DNA of 33,525 bases. It comes from Deinococcus sp. (lineage in GTDB: Bacteria > Deinococcota > Deinococci > Deinococcales > Deinococcaceae). Of the stretch, positions 22,263 to 33,525 are shown piece after piece. The stretch lies in contig NZ_JANPNE010000065.1 of NCBI RefSeq assembly GCF_031427295.1, forward strand, positions 1 through 33,525, written 5' to 3'. Within the stretch, counting starts at the first letter, position 1. Each line of letters begins with the position of its first letter. The notes beneath the pieces are model-generated. The model made no database searches and had not been told where the DNA came from. It saw only the letters and a list, made by a program, of their open reading frames with translations. Made by a program: the position numbers and the translations under genes.

Positions 22263-23120
22263 TCAGCGTTCCACCGTGTCCTCTTCGGTGACCGTGCCGC
22301 TGTCGGCCAGCGCGATCAGCCACAGCATCAGTTGCGCCACGGCCAGCGCCATGCCCGGCAGCCCGGCGATCATCATGACCCAGCCGCTGCTCACCTGATT
22401 TTGCAGCGGCGTGGTGTTCCACAGGCACAGCGCCCCGACGTAGGGTGCGTACAGCACGCGCGGACTGTACAGCCAGACCGCCGCCACCGCCATCATCGGC
22501 AGGCTAGAGAGCAGCCCGAACCAGCCCCGGTTGCCGTAGCCCTTGCCCTGCACCGAGGGCAGCGGGCGCAGCACCACCGCCCAGCTCAGCAGCCCGCCGA
22601 AGACGTACAGCAGCGGCAGCAGGCCAGAGGCCGTGTTGCTCACCAGCGAGGCGCTGAAGCCTGCCGGAATGTTCCAGAAGATGATGATGGCCGCCCAGAG
22701 CGCCAGCGCCACCCAGGGGTCGAGCAGCCACGACAGCGCCCGTGCAGGTCTGCCACGGGGCAGCAGGTACCCGGCGGGCAGGCCCAGAATCGCCAGCGGC
22801 GGCACCAGTTCGGCCAGCACCATCAGGCGGGTCATGTACAGCGTCATGCTGTTCAGGGTGAAGTCGGTCACGGCGGTCTGCGTGACCAGCAGCGCCACCA
22901 CGACAGCCAGACCGAACAGAACAGCCCGCCAGACAGGCCACCGGGCACGCGGCGCATGTACGAAGCCCACGGCGTACCAGCCCGTGACCGCCAGAATGCC
23001 GATCAGCCAAAGCGCGTCCGGGCGCGGGGCCAGCAGCTCCAGCAGAGTGGGGGAGAGGTTGGGCGTCACCGGAATACCAGCCTGCGGCGTGTGGCGCGTA
23101 GCCTGTAGGAACGGTCCCAT
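22263..23120 (-). CDS. Cytochrome c oxidase assembly protein, Caa3_CtaG-like
   Basis: Multi-TM protein with [23 protein letters not shown] and [13 protein letters not shown]; third gene after pcuAC and sco. Start uncertain (23120 or 23069). Confidence 0.78.
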   Translation of the reverse strand: MGPFLQATRHTPQAGIPVTPNLSPTLLELLAPRPDALWLIGILAVTGWYAVGFVHAPRARWPVWRAVLFGLAVVVALLVTQTAVTDFTLNSMTLYMTRLMVLAELVPPLAILGLPAGYLLPRGRPARALSWLLDPWVALALWAAIIIFWNIPAGFSASLVSNTASGLLPLLYVFGGLLSWAVVLRPLPSVQGKGYGNRGWFGLLSSLPMMAVAAVWLYSPRVLYAPYVGALCLWNTTPLQNQVSSGWVMMIAGLPGMALAVAQLMLWLIALADSGTVTEEDTVER

Positions 23121-23199
23121 ACTCTGGATTGGGGAACCCTGGATTGAGCAGATTGTCCTGGCCGTTCCCACAGGCCACAGGCCACGGGCCACACGCCTC

Positions 23200-23871
23200 T
23201 CACGACCTCCCCATCACTTCGCGGATATCGTTCAGCACCCGCTTGGTGTCGGTCAGCTGGGTGTAGTCCCAGAGCAGGCGCTTGTTGCCCGCCGCGTCAA
23301 TCAGGAAGGTGGCGCTGGTGTGGTTGATCTGGTACCCGCCGCCCGGCAGTGGAGCCTTGACGTACGACACGCCGTAGCTGCGGGCCAGGGCTGCCAGAGC
23401 GGGTTCCTTGACCTGTACGCCCTGCGCCGGGCCGAAATAATTCAGGTAACTGGCGATCTTCTGCGGGGTGTCGCGGCCCGGGTCGAGCGACACGAACAGC
23501 ACCCTGAACTTTGCCTGCTCTGAGGGCGTCATGGCCTGCCGCGCCCGCTCCAGGTAGGCGAGCGTGGCCGGGCACACGTCGGGGCAGCGCGTGAAGCCGA
23601 AGAACAGAGCGGTGGTCTTGCCTTCTCCCAGTGCGATGGTGGTGGGCGTCACCACGCTGCCGACCATGCCCAGGCCCGTCACGCTGGCCGCTGGCCGGGG
23701 CGTGTCGTAGACCGTACCGTAGTACGGGAACGGACTCTTCAGGCGGGTGTAGGCCCAGACGCCGCCCAGCAGCAGCCCCACCGCCAGCAGCCCCACCAGG
23801 GCCGAAACGTACCAGGGCCGGGGCACTGGCGTGGCGGCCTGAGGCGTGACGGTCTGGGGCGGCGTCACCAC
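23200..23871 (-). CDS. sco: SCO1/SenC copper-binding protein
   Basis: N-terminal TM anchor, FFGFTRCPDVCP (CxxxC), VSLDPGRD and INHTS (His ligand). Confidence 0.93.
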   Translation of the reverse strand: MVTPPQTVTPQAATPVPRPWYVSALVGLLAVGLLLGGVWAYTRLKSPFPYYGTVYDTPRPAASVTGLGMVGSVVTPTTIALGEGKTTALFFGFTRCPDVCPATLAYLERARQAMTPSEQAKFRVLFVSLDPGRDTPQKIASYLNYFGPAQGVQVKEPALAALARSYGVSYVKAPLPGGGYQINHTSATFLIDAAGNKRLLWDYTQLTDTKRVLNDIREVMGRS

Positions 23872-24392
23872 TTCTTCACCGGAACGCTGAAGGTGCGGGC
23901 CGAGCCGTCTGCAAATCTCAGGGTCAGGGCCACCTGTTCGCCGGTCTGCGGCTGCCGTTTCAGGGAACGCAGCATGACGTGCGCCTGCCCAGGCAGAATT
24001 CTCAGGCTGCCGCCCGCCGCAATGTTCATGGCGCTCGCCATCGTCATGCTCCCCCGGCCTGCCGCGTCCTTGGTGGTGGTCATCAGCGTGGCCTGCCCAC
24101 TGACCGGACTGGACACGCCGATCAGCGTGACGGCTGCCCTGCCGGGGTTGCCGAGCACCAGATAGGCCGACAGCTCCTCGGCTCCGGGCGGGGCCGCTGA
24201 GACCCAGCCCTGGGTGAGCTTCAAAGCCCTGACGGACGGGCTGGCGGGAAGTGCTTCGGGGGCCACGGCAGGGGGCGTCTGCATGTGCTTCATTCCAGTC
24301 TGACCTGTTGCAGCCTGACCCGTTACAGTCTGGGCCTGACCCGCGCCCACCAGCAGCGTGCCGAGCGTCAGGATCAGGGTCACTCTGTTCAT
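23865..24392 (-). CDS. Periplasmic copper chaperone PCu(A)C
   Basis: Signal peptide; M-x11-M-x21-HVM variant of the H(M)x10Mx21HxM motif; LTLRFADG; overlaps the sco start. Confidence 0.88.
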   Translation of the reverse strand: MNRVTLILTLGTLLVGAGQAQTVTGQAATGQTGMKHMQTPPAVAPEALPASPSVRALKLTQGWVSAAPPGAEELSAYLVLGNPGRAAVTLIGVSSPVSGQATLMTTTKDAAGRGSMTMASAMNIAAGGSLRILPGQAHVMLRSLKRQPQTGEQVALTLRFADGSARTFSVPVKKW

Positions 24393-24577
24393 GTCCCCAG
24401 TTTATTCCTGCGCCGCTGGGCCTATGTCCCCAAGAGCATGTCTGTGAAGAAGTTGAGTCCAGACCATTGCAACCCCGACTGCACGCTCTTCAGCCCCCCG
24501 GATTCCCGAATCCTGTCTCTAAATCCGCCCTTAGCCATCTTCTCGGCAGCTCAATCCGGGCGGTTTAGAATGGTGCC

Positions 24578-25876
24578 ATGAAATCCCGTACCCCCGTTCT
24601 CGTGACTGCCGCCGTGCTGGTCGGCCTGGGCCTGGGCGCGAGCGTGCTGCGCGGTCAGGTTCCCGTCTCTGAGGCACAGCCCGTCTCCAGCCCATCTCCC
24701 GCCCAGTCTGCTCCGGCCCGGCCCGCCGCGCTCAACCCCACTGCACTCAATGAAGGGGCCGCCCGCCTTCAGAACGAGGCCAATACCGTAGACATCGTCA
24801 AAAAATACGAACCGGGACTGGTGTACATCAGCACCGAGCAGACCGTGCAGCAGGACCCCTTCGGCATGATGGGCGGTGGGCAGCAGCAGGTCGAGGGTGT
24901 GGGGTCGGGGTTTTTCGTGAACGCTGCGGGCGACATCCTGACCAACTTTCACGTGGTGCGCGGCGCAGACCGCATCCAGATCCGCCTGATGGGCAACAAG
25001 CAGACCTACTCGGCCACGGTGGTCGGGCGCGCTCCGCAGTACGACCTGGCGCTCATCCGGCCCAGCAAGCTGCCCGCTGGCCTGATCAAACCCATTCCGC
25101 TGGGCGACTCCGACAGGCTGGCGGTGGGCCAGAAGGCCGTGGCGATGGGCGCACCCTTCGGGCTGGAATTCAGCGTCACCGAGGGCATCGTGTCGGCCAC
25201 CGGGCGGCGCATCCCTATCGGCTTCTCAGGCGGGGCGCAGGGCATCACCCAGAACGCCATTCAGACCGACGCCGCGATCAATCCCGGCAACAGTGGCGGG
25301 CCGCTCCTGAACAGTGCCGGGCAGGTGATCGGCATCAACACCCAGATTCTCAGTCCGGCCAGCACGGGCGGCAGCGGCCAGAACGCCGGGGTGGGCTTCG
25401 CCATTCCCATCAACACCGCCAAGAACCTGCTGGCCCGGCTCCAGAGCGCGGGCGGGAAGGCCGTCTATGCGCCGCGCATCGGGGTTTCCTCGGGTCTGCT
25501 GGCGCTCCAGAACACCCCGGCAGGCCCGCAACCCGTTGCGCTCGGCCTCTCCGCCCTGAGCAGCAGCGCCCGCCAGCAGTTCGATCTGCCGCCGCGTGGC
25601 CTGCTCATCAAGGAGGTCAGCCCCAACACCCCGGCGGCCAGAGCAGGCGTGACGGGTGGCAGGAACACCCGCGATTTCCAGGGCGGGCGCATCACGCTGG
25701 GCGGTGACGTGGTGACGGCAGTGAACGGGCAGCCGGTAGACAGCCTGGAAGACCTCCAGGCGGGCCTGATCGACCGCAAGGTGGGTGATGGCGTGACCCT
25801 GACCCTGGTGCGCGGCGGCAAGACCCGGCAGGCCAGATTGACGCTGGACGCGGCGGCCTTCCAGCAGGGAAACTGA
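24578..25876 (+). CDS. htrA: HtrA/DegP-family serine protease with one PDZ domain
   Basis: GSGF, TNFHVV (His), YDLAL (Asp), [15 protein letters not shown] (Ser) and [12 protein letters not shown]; TAGAAT 6 nt before the ATG. Confidence 0.93.
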   Translation: MKSRTPVLVTAAVLVGLGLGASVLRGQVPVSEAQPVSSPSPAQSAPARPAALNPTALNEGAARLQNEANTVDIVKKYEPGLVYISTEQTVQQDPFGMMGGGQQQVEGVGSGFFVNAAGDILTNFHVVRGADRIQIRLMGNKQTYSATVVGRAPQYDLALIRPSKLPAGLIKPIPLGDSDRLAVGQKAVAMGAPFGLEFSVTEGIVSATGRRIPIGFSGGAQGITQNAIQTDAAINPGNSGGPLLNSAGQVIGINTQILSPASTGGSGQNAGVGFAIPINTAKNLLARLQSAGGKAVYAPRIGVSSGLLALQNTPAGPQPVALGLSALSSSARQQFDLPPRGLLIKEVSPNTPAARAGVTGGRNTRDFQGGRITLGGDVVTAVNGQPVDSLEDLQAGLIDRKVGDGVTLTLVRGGKTRQARLTLDAAAFQQGN

Positions 25877-25903
25877 CAGTCTGAAGCTCGGATCGGCAGG
25901 CCG

Positions 25904-25939
25904 GTCTGTACATGCCAGGATGTCCGTACATGTCAGGAT
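25904..25939. repeat. 18-bp tandem repeat x2
   Basis: gtctgtacatgccaggat / gtccgtacatgtcaggat, just upstream of ATG 25946. Confidence 0.8.
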
Positions 25940-25945
25940 GGAGAG

Positions 25946-27064
25946 ATGATCTCGCCCGACCCGGTCCGGCTCTGGGCCAGCCTGCCCGACGACGCCAGAG
26001 CACTGCTGACGCGCCTGCGACAGCTGGCAGAACCACACTCACGGCTGGCGCTGGTGGGCGGCGCGGTGCGCGACCTGCTGCTGGGGCAGGCCAGCGCCTC
26101 GCCCGACCTGGACATCGTGCTGGCGGGCGGAAACGTGCAGTATTTAGCTGAACAGCTGGGTGTCACGTTCAGCTGGCATCCGGCCTACGGCAACGCCACC
26201 CTGCACCTGCCGGGTGGGGTGTACGCCGATCTGGTCAGCGCCCGCCGTGAACATTACCCGGTGGCGGGCGGCCCGCCGGTGCCCCTGCCCGGCAGCCTGG
26301 AAGACGATCTGGCGCGGCGGGATTTCACCGTCAACGCGAACGCGCTCGAACTTTTATCAGATGGGAAGACGAGGCTGCTGGGCGTTCCAGACAGTCTGGG
26401 CGACCTGGAAACCCGGCTGCTGCGCCCGCTGCACCCGCAGAGTTTCCATGAAGACGCCTCGCGGCTGGTGCGGGCAGCGAGGCTGGCGGCCCGGTTGGGG
26501 CTGCACGCCCACCCAGGGCTGCTGGAGCAGGTTCCGGCAGCCCTGGAGGTCGCGCCGCACACCCCCCGGCTGATGGCCGAACTGCGGCTTCTGTTGGATG
26601 AACCTCTGCCGGGAAAGGCGGCCAGGGTGCTGGAAGACTGGGGGGCGGGCGTTCTGCTGCCCGCCGGGGCCGCGCTCCTTCTGGAACGGCTGGACGCCCT
26701 GCCTGGACGCAAAAGCAGGACGCTGTACGCCGCCGCCCTGCACAGCCTGGTATGGGCAGATGACAGGCTTGAAGCCCTGGGGCTAGGCCAGCGGCCCGCC
26801 GAACTGCTGGCCCGCGCCCGCAGCGCTGCGCCTGCCGCCCCCGGCAGCCCCGAGGCCACCTTGCAGACCCTGCTGGGCCTGACCCCGCCGTACCCGCCGC
26901 TCCAGGGCCGCGATCTGCTGGCGCTGGGCCTGAGCGCCGGGCCGGAACTGGGGCGGATGCTCGGCTGGCTGGCAGGGGAGAGGCGGGCGGGCCGCTTCGC
27001 CAGCCCCGATGAAGAACGGGAGGCGGTGCGGGCGCGGCTGGCAGAGGGCGGGCCAGGGCAGTAG
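25946..27064 (+). CDS. cca: Class II tRNA nucleotidyltransferase (CCA family, probably the A-adding type)
   Basis: [16 protein letters not shown]...[24 protein letters not shown] and GRDLLALG...GPELG. Confidence 0.88.
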   Translation: MISPDPVRLWASLPDDARALLTRLRQLAEPHSRLALVGGAVRDLLLGQASASPDLDIVLAGGNVQYLAEQLGVTFSWHPAYGNATLHLPGGVYADLVSARREHYPVAGGPPVPLPGSLEDDLARRDFTVNANALELLSDGKTRLLGVPDSLGDLETRLLRPLHPQSFHEDASRLVRAARLAARLGLHAHPGLLEQVPAALEVAPHTPRLMAELRLLLDEPLPGKAARVLEDWGAGVLLPAGAALLLERLDALPGRKSRTLYAAALHSLVWADDRLEALGLGQRPAELLARARSAAPAAPGSPEATLQTLLGLTPPYPPLQGRDLLALGLSAGPELGRMLGWLAGERRAGRFASPDEEREAVRARLAEGGPGQ

Positions 27065-27091
27065 GCCCGCCATACGGTAGGTTGGACACGA

Positions 27092-27718
27092 ATGTTCGGC
27101 CCCCTGACCCTGATCGCCCGCGACCCGCTGGTGCTGCTGTTACTGGCGCTGGCCGTGCTCGGCGGCCTGACCCTGCACAACGTGGTGCAGGCGCTGCTGG
27201 CCCGCCGCCTGGGCGATTCCAGCGCTGCCGACGCCGGGTTTACCTCGCCGGAACCGCCCGTTCATCATTCGCTCGCCTCGCTGCTGCTGTATCTGGCCCT
27301 GGGGCTGGCGCTGCCGCGCAGGGTTCCGCTGCTGCTGCGCGGCGGGCGAGCGGCACTGGCCTTGCTGTCCGGGCCGCTCACGCTGCTGCTGACCGCCCTG
27401 CTGCTGCTGCTGCTTCAGAGAGTGCAACAGCTCACGCTCAGCGGCTTCGATCCGCTCGGACTGGCCCTGGGGCGGGCGGCCTACGGCCTGACCCAGCACA
27501 GCGTCTTTTTTCTGCTGCCGCTGCCCAGCCTCGACCTGGGGCGCGCCCTGGCGCTGACGGGGTCACCACTTTTGCGGCGTGGGCTGACCCTGTTGCAGCC
27601 CGCCGGAACCCTGCTGGTTTATCTTCTGTGGCTGCTGCTGGCCCTGTCAGGTGTGCTCAGCTGGGCCACCGAACCCTTCTGGCGGGGACTGGGAGCAGTG
27701 GTAGGGTGGCTGCCATGA
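27092..27718 (+). CDS. Site-2 protease (M50)-like membrane protein with a degenerate active site
   Basis: Aligns by eye with the next gene: LHNVVQALLARRLGD versus [19 protein letters not shown] versus AAGP, FFLLPLPSLDLG versus [12 protein letters not shown]. Confidence 0.75.
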   Translation: MFGPLTLIARDPLVLLLLALAVLGGLTLHNVVQALLARRLGDSSAADAGFTSPEPPVHHSLASLLLYLALGLALPRRVPLLLRGGRAALALLSGPLTLLLTALLLLLLQRVQQLTLSGFDPLGLALGRAAYGLTQHSVFFLLPLPSLDLGRALALTGSPLLRRGLTLLQPAGTLLVYLLWLLLALSGVLSWATEPFWRGLGAVVGWLP

Positions 27719-27801
27719 AGCTTGGGCCTGAAGCTCCGGCCTGAAAATGAGGTTCAGCCGTCTGGGACAAGCCGCTCAGGGGAAGCCGCTAGACTGCGGG
27801 C

Positions 27802-28419
27802 ATGGGTCTTTTAAGCCTGCTCACCTCCAACCCGCTGGCGTTCGTCATCATCGCGCTGGCCCTCGTCCTCTCGCTGGCGGTGCACGAATTCGCCCACGCT
27901 TACACGGCGGACCGCCTGGGCGACCCGACGCCGCGCCGCGCTGGCCGGGTCACGCTCAACCCGCTGGCCCACCTCGACCCCTTCGGAACCATTCTGCTGC
28001 TGTTCGCTGGATTTGGGTTCGCCAAACCCGTGCCGGTCAACGGCAACAACCTGGGGCGCTGGGGCATGCTCTGGGTGGCCGCCGCCGGTCCCATCAGTAA
28101 CCTGCTGATCGCCGTTCTGGCCGCGCTGTTGCTGAAATTTCTGCCGCTCACGTCGCTCACGTATCTGGTGCTGAACACCGTGCTGGGCATCAACGTGGTG
28201 CTGGCCGTGTTTAACCTGCTGCCTATTCCGCTGCTCGACGGCAGCCGTATCATTGCCGCCATCTTCCCGCGCACGCTGGGCCGCGCCCTGATGGAATTCG
28301 AGATGCAGCCCTACAGCTTTATTCTGGTGCTGGTCATCATCTACCTGGGCCGCCCGGTGATCGGAAATGTGGTCGGAACAGTGCAGGGCTGGGTCCAGAC
28401 GCTGATCGGTCTGGGATAG
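27802..28419 (+). CDS. Site-2 protease family (M50) zinc metalloprotease
   Basis: HEFAH (HExxH), [17 protein letters not shown] and [11 protein letters not shown]; TAGACT 6 nt before the ATG. Confidence 0.93.
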   Translation: MGLLSLLTSNPLAFVIIALALVLSLAVHEFAHAYTADRLGDPTPRRAGRVTLNPLAHLDPFGTILLLFAGFGFAKPVPVNGNNLGRWGMLWVAAAGPISNLLIAVLAALLLKFLPLTSLTYLVLNTVLGINVVLAVFNLLPIPLLDGSRIIAAIFPRTLGRALMEFEMQPYSFILVLVIIYLGRPVIGNVVGTVQGWVQTLIGLG

Positions 28420-28424
28420 AGGGA

Positions 28425-28472
28425 GCAGAAGAGGGCGGGCCGGACATCTTCATCCAGCCCGCCCTCTTCTGT
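28425..28472. terminator. Long hairpin between convergent genes, probable bidirectional terminator
   Basis: gcagaagagggcgggc (28425-28440) pairs with gcccgccctcttctgt (28457-28472); U-tracts are short. Confidence 0.7.
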
Positions 28473-28477
28473 TTCCC

Positions 28478-29137
28478 TCACCGCAAAGCGAACATCATGG
28501 CGACGTGCGCCCCGGTGCCGCCCAGCACGAACAGGTGCCAGATTTCGTGAAAGCCGAAGACTCCGGGCCGGGGGTTCCAGCGCTTGGTGGCGTAGATCAC
28601 TGCGCCCACGGTGTACAGCAGCCCGCCCAGGGCCAGCCAGAAGATCGCGGCGGGCGGCAGGTTGCGGCTGAGCTGCGGCACGAAGGCCAGCGCCGTCCAG
28701 CCCATCATTACGTACAGCACCGTGCTGACCCAGCGGGGCAGTCTCATGGTCAGCAGCTTGAGCAGGATGCCGCTCGCCGCAACGCCCCACACCACGTACA
28801 GCACCACCTCACGCCAGACGCCGCTCAGCCCGAAGTAGGCCAGCGGCGTGTAACTTCCGGCGATCAGCAGAAAAATGGCGCTGTGGTCCATTTTCCGCAG
28901 CCACAGCATGGCGCGGTCCCCCACATGCAGGCTGTGGTAGGTGGCGCTGGCCGCGTACAGCCCCGCCATGCTCAGCCCGAACACCACGAAGGGCCACAGC
29001 ACCAGACGGTGCGCGTGTGCCCAGAAGAGCAGGCCAGCCAGCACCGGGACGGCCAGCATCACGCCCGCCCAGTGGGTCAGGCTGTTGACCGGCTCACGCA
29101 GGCGGGAGGGGTGCAGGCGGTGCAGCGGTCTGGGCAT
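28478..29137 (-). CDS. Hemolysin III / PAQR (TrhA/YqfA-like) membrane protein
   Basis: [31 protein letters not shown] and [12 protein letters not shown]; TAAACT 6 nt before the ATG. Confidence 0.93.
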   Translation of the reverse strand: MPRPLHRLHPSRLREPVNSLTHWAGVMLAVPVLAGLLFWAHAHRLVLWPFVVFGLSMAGLYAASATYHSLHVGDRAMLWLRKMDHSAIFLLIAGSYTPLAYFGLSGVWREVVLYVVWGVAASGILLKLLTMRLPRWVSTVLYVMMGWTALAFVPQLSRNLPPAAIFWLALGGLLYTVGAVIYATKRWNPRPGVFGFHEIWHLFVLGGTGAHVAMMFALR

Positions 29138-29274
29138 GTCTACAGTTTACGTCTCCGGGGACGGGGCAAATGACAGGGTGTCAATAAAGGCTTGTGACCC
29201 GCAGCTTGTGGGGAAAACCAGGACACTTCGGTTTGAGCGAAGTCTGTGAACTTTTCCTACGGGCCACGGGCCCC

Positions 29275-30846
<1,572 letters not shown>

Positions 30847-30958
30847 TCACGGGGCTGGGTCAGTGGGGCAGAGTACGCCACGCGCCCGAGTTGGACCAGC
30901 ATAGCAGGGGCGGCGCGGCAGCCTGGGAATCCACATGACACTGCGCGCCCGCCCAGGC

Positions 30959-30987
30959 TTGCGCCCATACAGGGCGCGTGCTACTCT
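30959..30987 (+). promoter_or_regulatory. Sigma-A promoter for tRNA-Ala
   Basis: TTGCGC, 17-bp spacer, TACTCT, with an extended -10 TG at 30979-30980. Confidence 0.65.
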
Positions 30988-31019
30988 CTCATTCGCCTGC
31001 TGAAAGGCCGGGCCAGAGT

Positions 31020-31095
<76 letters not shown>

Positions 31096-31097
31096 AA

Positions 31098-31131
31098 AAG
31101 AAGACCCGCCGAGTGCGGGTTCTTTGTTTTT
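31098..31131 (+). terminator. Intrinsic terminator after the tRNA
   Basis: acccgc-cgagt-gcgggt hairpin followed by tctttgttttt. Confidence 0.75.
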
Positions 31132-31153
31132 AGTTCTTTACTTTTTGTTTTTA

Positions 31154-31195
31154 GTTTTCAGGTCAATGTTTTCAGATTGATGTTTCCAGGTCGAT
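31154..31195. repeat. Degenerate 14-bp tandem repeat x3
   Basis: gttttcaggtcaat / gttttcagattgat / gtttccaggtcgat. Confidence 0.7.
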
Positions 31196-31221
31196 GACAT
31201 CAACCCGTGTACTCGAGATTC

Positions 31222-31259
31222 AAAAAAGCGGGAGAATCTAGAATGGGTTCTCCCGCTTT
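31222..31259 (-). terminator. Intrinsic terminator of the DEAD-box helicase gene
   Basis: aaagcgggagaa.../...ttctcccgcttt stem with a T6 tract on the minus strand, just past the stop. Confidence 0.8.
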
Positions 31260-31272
31260 CTGTAGCCTCTAC

Positions 31273-33084
31273 TTAGCGGCGGCGGTCACTGCTGGGGCGG
31301 AACTCGCGGCCGCTGAAATCGCGGTCTCCGCCATTGCTGCCGCCACCATTGCTACCGCTGTCACCATTGCCGCCGCTGTCCCCGCCGAAGCGGCTGCGGT
31401 TGCCCTGATAGCCGCCGCCGCTGTTGTTGTCACGGCCACCATAGCTGCGGCCACCCTGCCCGCCGCTGTCACGGCCAGCGTACCCGCCGCTTCGGCTGTT
31501 ACCGAAGCGTCCGCCGCTGCTCTCGCGCTCACGGACTTCCTGAAGCTCAGGCAGCTCGGTGGGAATGGTCACGGTCACCTCGCCGTCGATGGGCGACATC
31601 TTCAGCAGCATCTGAGCGACCTCGGTGGGCACGTCGGCCACCGCAGCCGTGCCGCTGGTGCTGAGGCGAACCTTGCCCAGCTTGCGACTCTCGATGTTGG
31701 TGCTGCGCGAGATGATCGCCACGGCGCGGGGAACACCCATGCGGCCACCTTCGAGCTGCACGGCAACAACACCCTCTTCACCGCTCAGCAGAGAGACGTT
31801 GCGAACCGGCTGGGTCGCGCCGCTGATGCGGGCCAGGGCGCGGCTCAGGGCTTCCAGGCCCAGCTCACTGAACAGCTTCTCGGCCTCGGCCATGAAGGGT
31901 TCGCCGTATTCGTTGCCCACGCTGCGAACCTGATCGGCGGCGGCGCGGCTGCTTGCGTCCTTGACTTCCTTGGGGGTCGGGTGGGCGCGTTCCTGAAAGT
32001 GGACGCCGGTGGCGTTTTCCAGGCCGCGCAGGTCTCGCAGCTCGCGCTCACCGTACAGCACGATGGCGGTGCCGGTGCGCCCGGCACGTCCGGTGCGGCC
32101 CGAACGGTGAACGTAACTGTCGGGGTCCTGCGGCAGGTGGTACTGCACCACAAGGTCCACTTCCGGGATGTCGAGGCCACGGGCGGCCACGTCCGTCGCC
32201 ACGAGCACCTTGACCCGTCCGCTGCGGAAGGCTCCCAGGGCGCGCTCACGCTGGCTCTGCGCCAGGTCACCGTGCAGCGCCTCAGCCTCGTTCCCACGGT
32301 GGATCAGTTCCATCGCCAGCTCGTCCACCTCGCGCTTGGTACGGGTGAAGATGATGGCGCGCTCGGGGTTGTACACGGTCAGCAGGTCGGCCAGCAGGCG
32401 GGTGCGGGTGCGCCCGGCCTTGATCTTCAGGTGCTCGACGCTGGTGGCCGCCTGCATCCGGCTGTCGCCCACTAGGTCCACGGTCAGCGGATTGTTGAGG
32501 TACTCGCGGGCCAGCCGCGCCAGGCTGGACGGAATGGTGGCGCTGAACAGCATGGTCTGGCGCTCCTTGGGCGTGGCGCTCAGGATGCTCTCGATGGCGT
32601 CGGCAAAGCCCACGCTGAGCATCTCGTCGGCCTCGTCGAGCACCGCAAACTGGACGTCATCGAGGCGAAGGTTGCCACGCTCGATGTGGTCGATGATGCG
32701 CCCCGGCGTGCCGATCACGATGTCCACGCCGCGCTGCAACGCCTTCTCCTGCGGGCCGTAGGCCGCGCCTCCGTAGATGGTCAGCACCTCGAACGCGGGG
32801 CCGCTCTTGGAGAACTCTTCACTCACCTGCTTGGCGAGTTCGCGGGTGGGGGCCATGATGATGGCGCGCGGGCCACGGCCCCGGTCACGGCTGGGGGTGA
32901 GCTTGCTCAGGATCGGCAGGGCAAAGGCGAGTGTTTTGCCGGTGCCGGTGCGGGCACGTCCGATCAGGTCGCGGCCCTCCAGAGTGTGCGGGAGCGTCTG
33001 CTCCTGGATGGGGGTGGCTTCGAGAATGCCGCGTGCTTCGAGCAAGGCGGCCAGTTCTGGGCTGACCAGTTCAATAAACTGCAT
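31273..33084 (-). CDS. DEAD-box RNA helicase (DeaD/CshA/Hera-like) with C-terminal RNA-binding domain and G/R/S-rich tail
   Basis: Q motif ATPIQ, ARTGTGKT, PTRELA, DEAD, SAT, ARGLD and HRSGRTGRAG; GGAGGA RBS before ATG 33084. Confidence 0.95.
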   Translation of the reverse strand: MQFIELVSPELAALLEARGILEATPIQEQTLPHTLEGRDLIGRARTGTGKTLAFALPILSKLTPSRDRGRGPRAIIMAPTRELAKQVSEEFSKSGPAFEVLTIYGGAAYGPQEKALQRGVDIVIGTPGRIIDHIERGNLRLDDVQFAVLDEADEMLSVGFADAIESILSATPKERQTMLFSATIPSSLARLAREYLNNPLTVDLVGDSRMQAATSVEHLKIKAGRTRTRLLADLLTVYNPERAIIFTRTKREVDELAMELIHRGNEAEALHGDLAQSQRERALGAFRSGRVKVLVATDVAARGLDIPEVDLVVQYHLPQDPDSYVHRSGRTGRAGRTGTAIVLYGERELRDLRGLENATGVHFQERAHPTPKEVKDASSRAAADQVRSVGNEYGEPFMAEAEKLFSELGLEALSRALARISGATQPVRNVSLLSGEEGVVAVQLEGGRMGVPRAVAIISRSTNIESRKLGKVRLSTSGTAAVADVPTEVAQMLLKMSPIDGEVTVTIPTELPELQEVRERESSGGRFGNSRSGGYAGRDSGGQGGRSYGGRDNNSGGGYQGNRSRFGGDSGGNGDSGSNGGGSNGGDRDFSGREFRPSSDRRR

Positions 33085-33426
33085 GGTTGTATCCTCCGGG
33101 GTAGTCCGGCGAACACCACGCGCCCTGAACTGCATCAGACGCACTGTACTCACCACTGCCTAGCCTTCTCTCCAACTTTGTCCCGCTTCAAGCCAAACCA
33201 TCAGGCTGGAAGGGTCGCACAAACGTGCCGCAAAGCCGAACTGACCCCTATCAATGTGTCGCAGACCTTTCTGATCTGAACACTTACCGGCACCTCGTCC
33301 CGTCTGGAACGCTCTGCCGACAACGAGTGTAAATAGTACACGAAGTGGGGGGAAATAGCTAGTGTGGCGTCAGCCGAAAAACGTGGAGCAGTTGTTTGAC
33401 GGCCATCAGACGCTCAGTCTGTTCAC

Positions 33427-33512
33427 GCCCCCCCCCCACCCCCCACCAGAGGAGGGGTGCTCCCTTTATCCCAGCCTGCGACGGGGCGGAAGATTGGCGG
33501 GGGTGGGGGTTG
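33427..33512 (-). repeat. C/G-rich intergenic repeat, second family
   Basis: Its reverse complement shares motifs with 20312-20456, including exact ccagaggagggg at 33446-33457; C-rich left arm and G-rich right arm. Confidence 0.5.
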
Positions 33513-33525
33513 TACAGAAGTGTTT

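Noticed and set aside
22263-24392. PCuAC-Sco-CtaG cluster as a novel system
   Set aside because: This is a well-known copper delivery and cytochrome oxidase assembly module.
29171-29183. tgaca-ggg-tgtca palindrome upstream of the hemolysin-III gene
   Set aside because: A single 5-bp-arm palindrome is not distinguishable from chance, and its TTGACA is 29 bp from the -10 box, too far for a -35.

Overview
High-GC bacterial chromosomal segment, almost certainly Deinococcus (inferred from a Gfh1-type Gre homolog, many leaderless TANNNT-N6/7-ATG starts, and TACGGATTCCG-ended small repeats). It is mostly core genome: the 3' end of topA, ilvD, a heterodimeric ABC exporter, an MFS permease, gfh1, moaA, acs, a truncated globin, deoD, a PCuAC-Sco-CtaG copper operon, htrA, a tRNA nucleotidyltransferase, two site-2 protease homologs, hemolysin-III/PAQR, guaB, tRNA-Ala(CGC) and a DEAD-box helicase. 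One small accessory islet lies after ilvD (AbrB-PIN toxin-antitoxin pair, mrr, broken second PIN gene). The clearest unexplained structure is a family of five MITE-like elements. Four are exactly 133 bp and one is a 184-bp module-swapped variant. They have 11-bp TIRs and TNA flanks that are exact 3-bp duplications in four copies, and their internal hairpins are kept by compensatory changes. Excising one copy in silico restores a PIN reading frame. Related small repeats (SNR/SRE) are known in D. radiodurans, so novelty is uncertain. Other points of interest are a catalytically degenerate site-2 protease paralog beside an intact one, a sigma-4-like HTH after the TopA tail, a VapC with an E-to-Q change at a catalytic position, a (GC)n frameshift, and recurrent short tandem duplications at gene ends. 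No CRISPR array, transposase, integrase or prophage was seen. All calls are from reading the sequence by eye, with no database searches.
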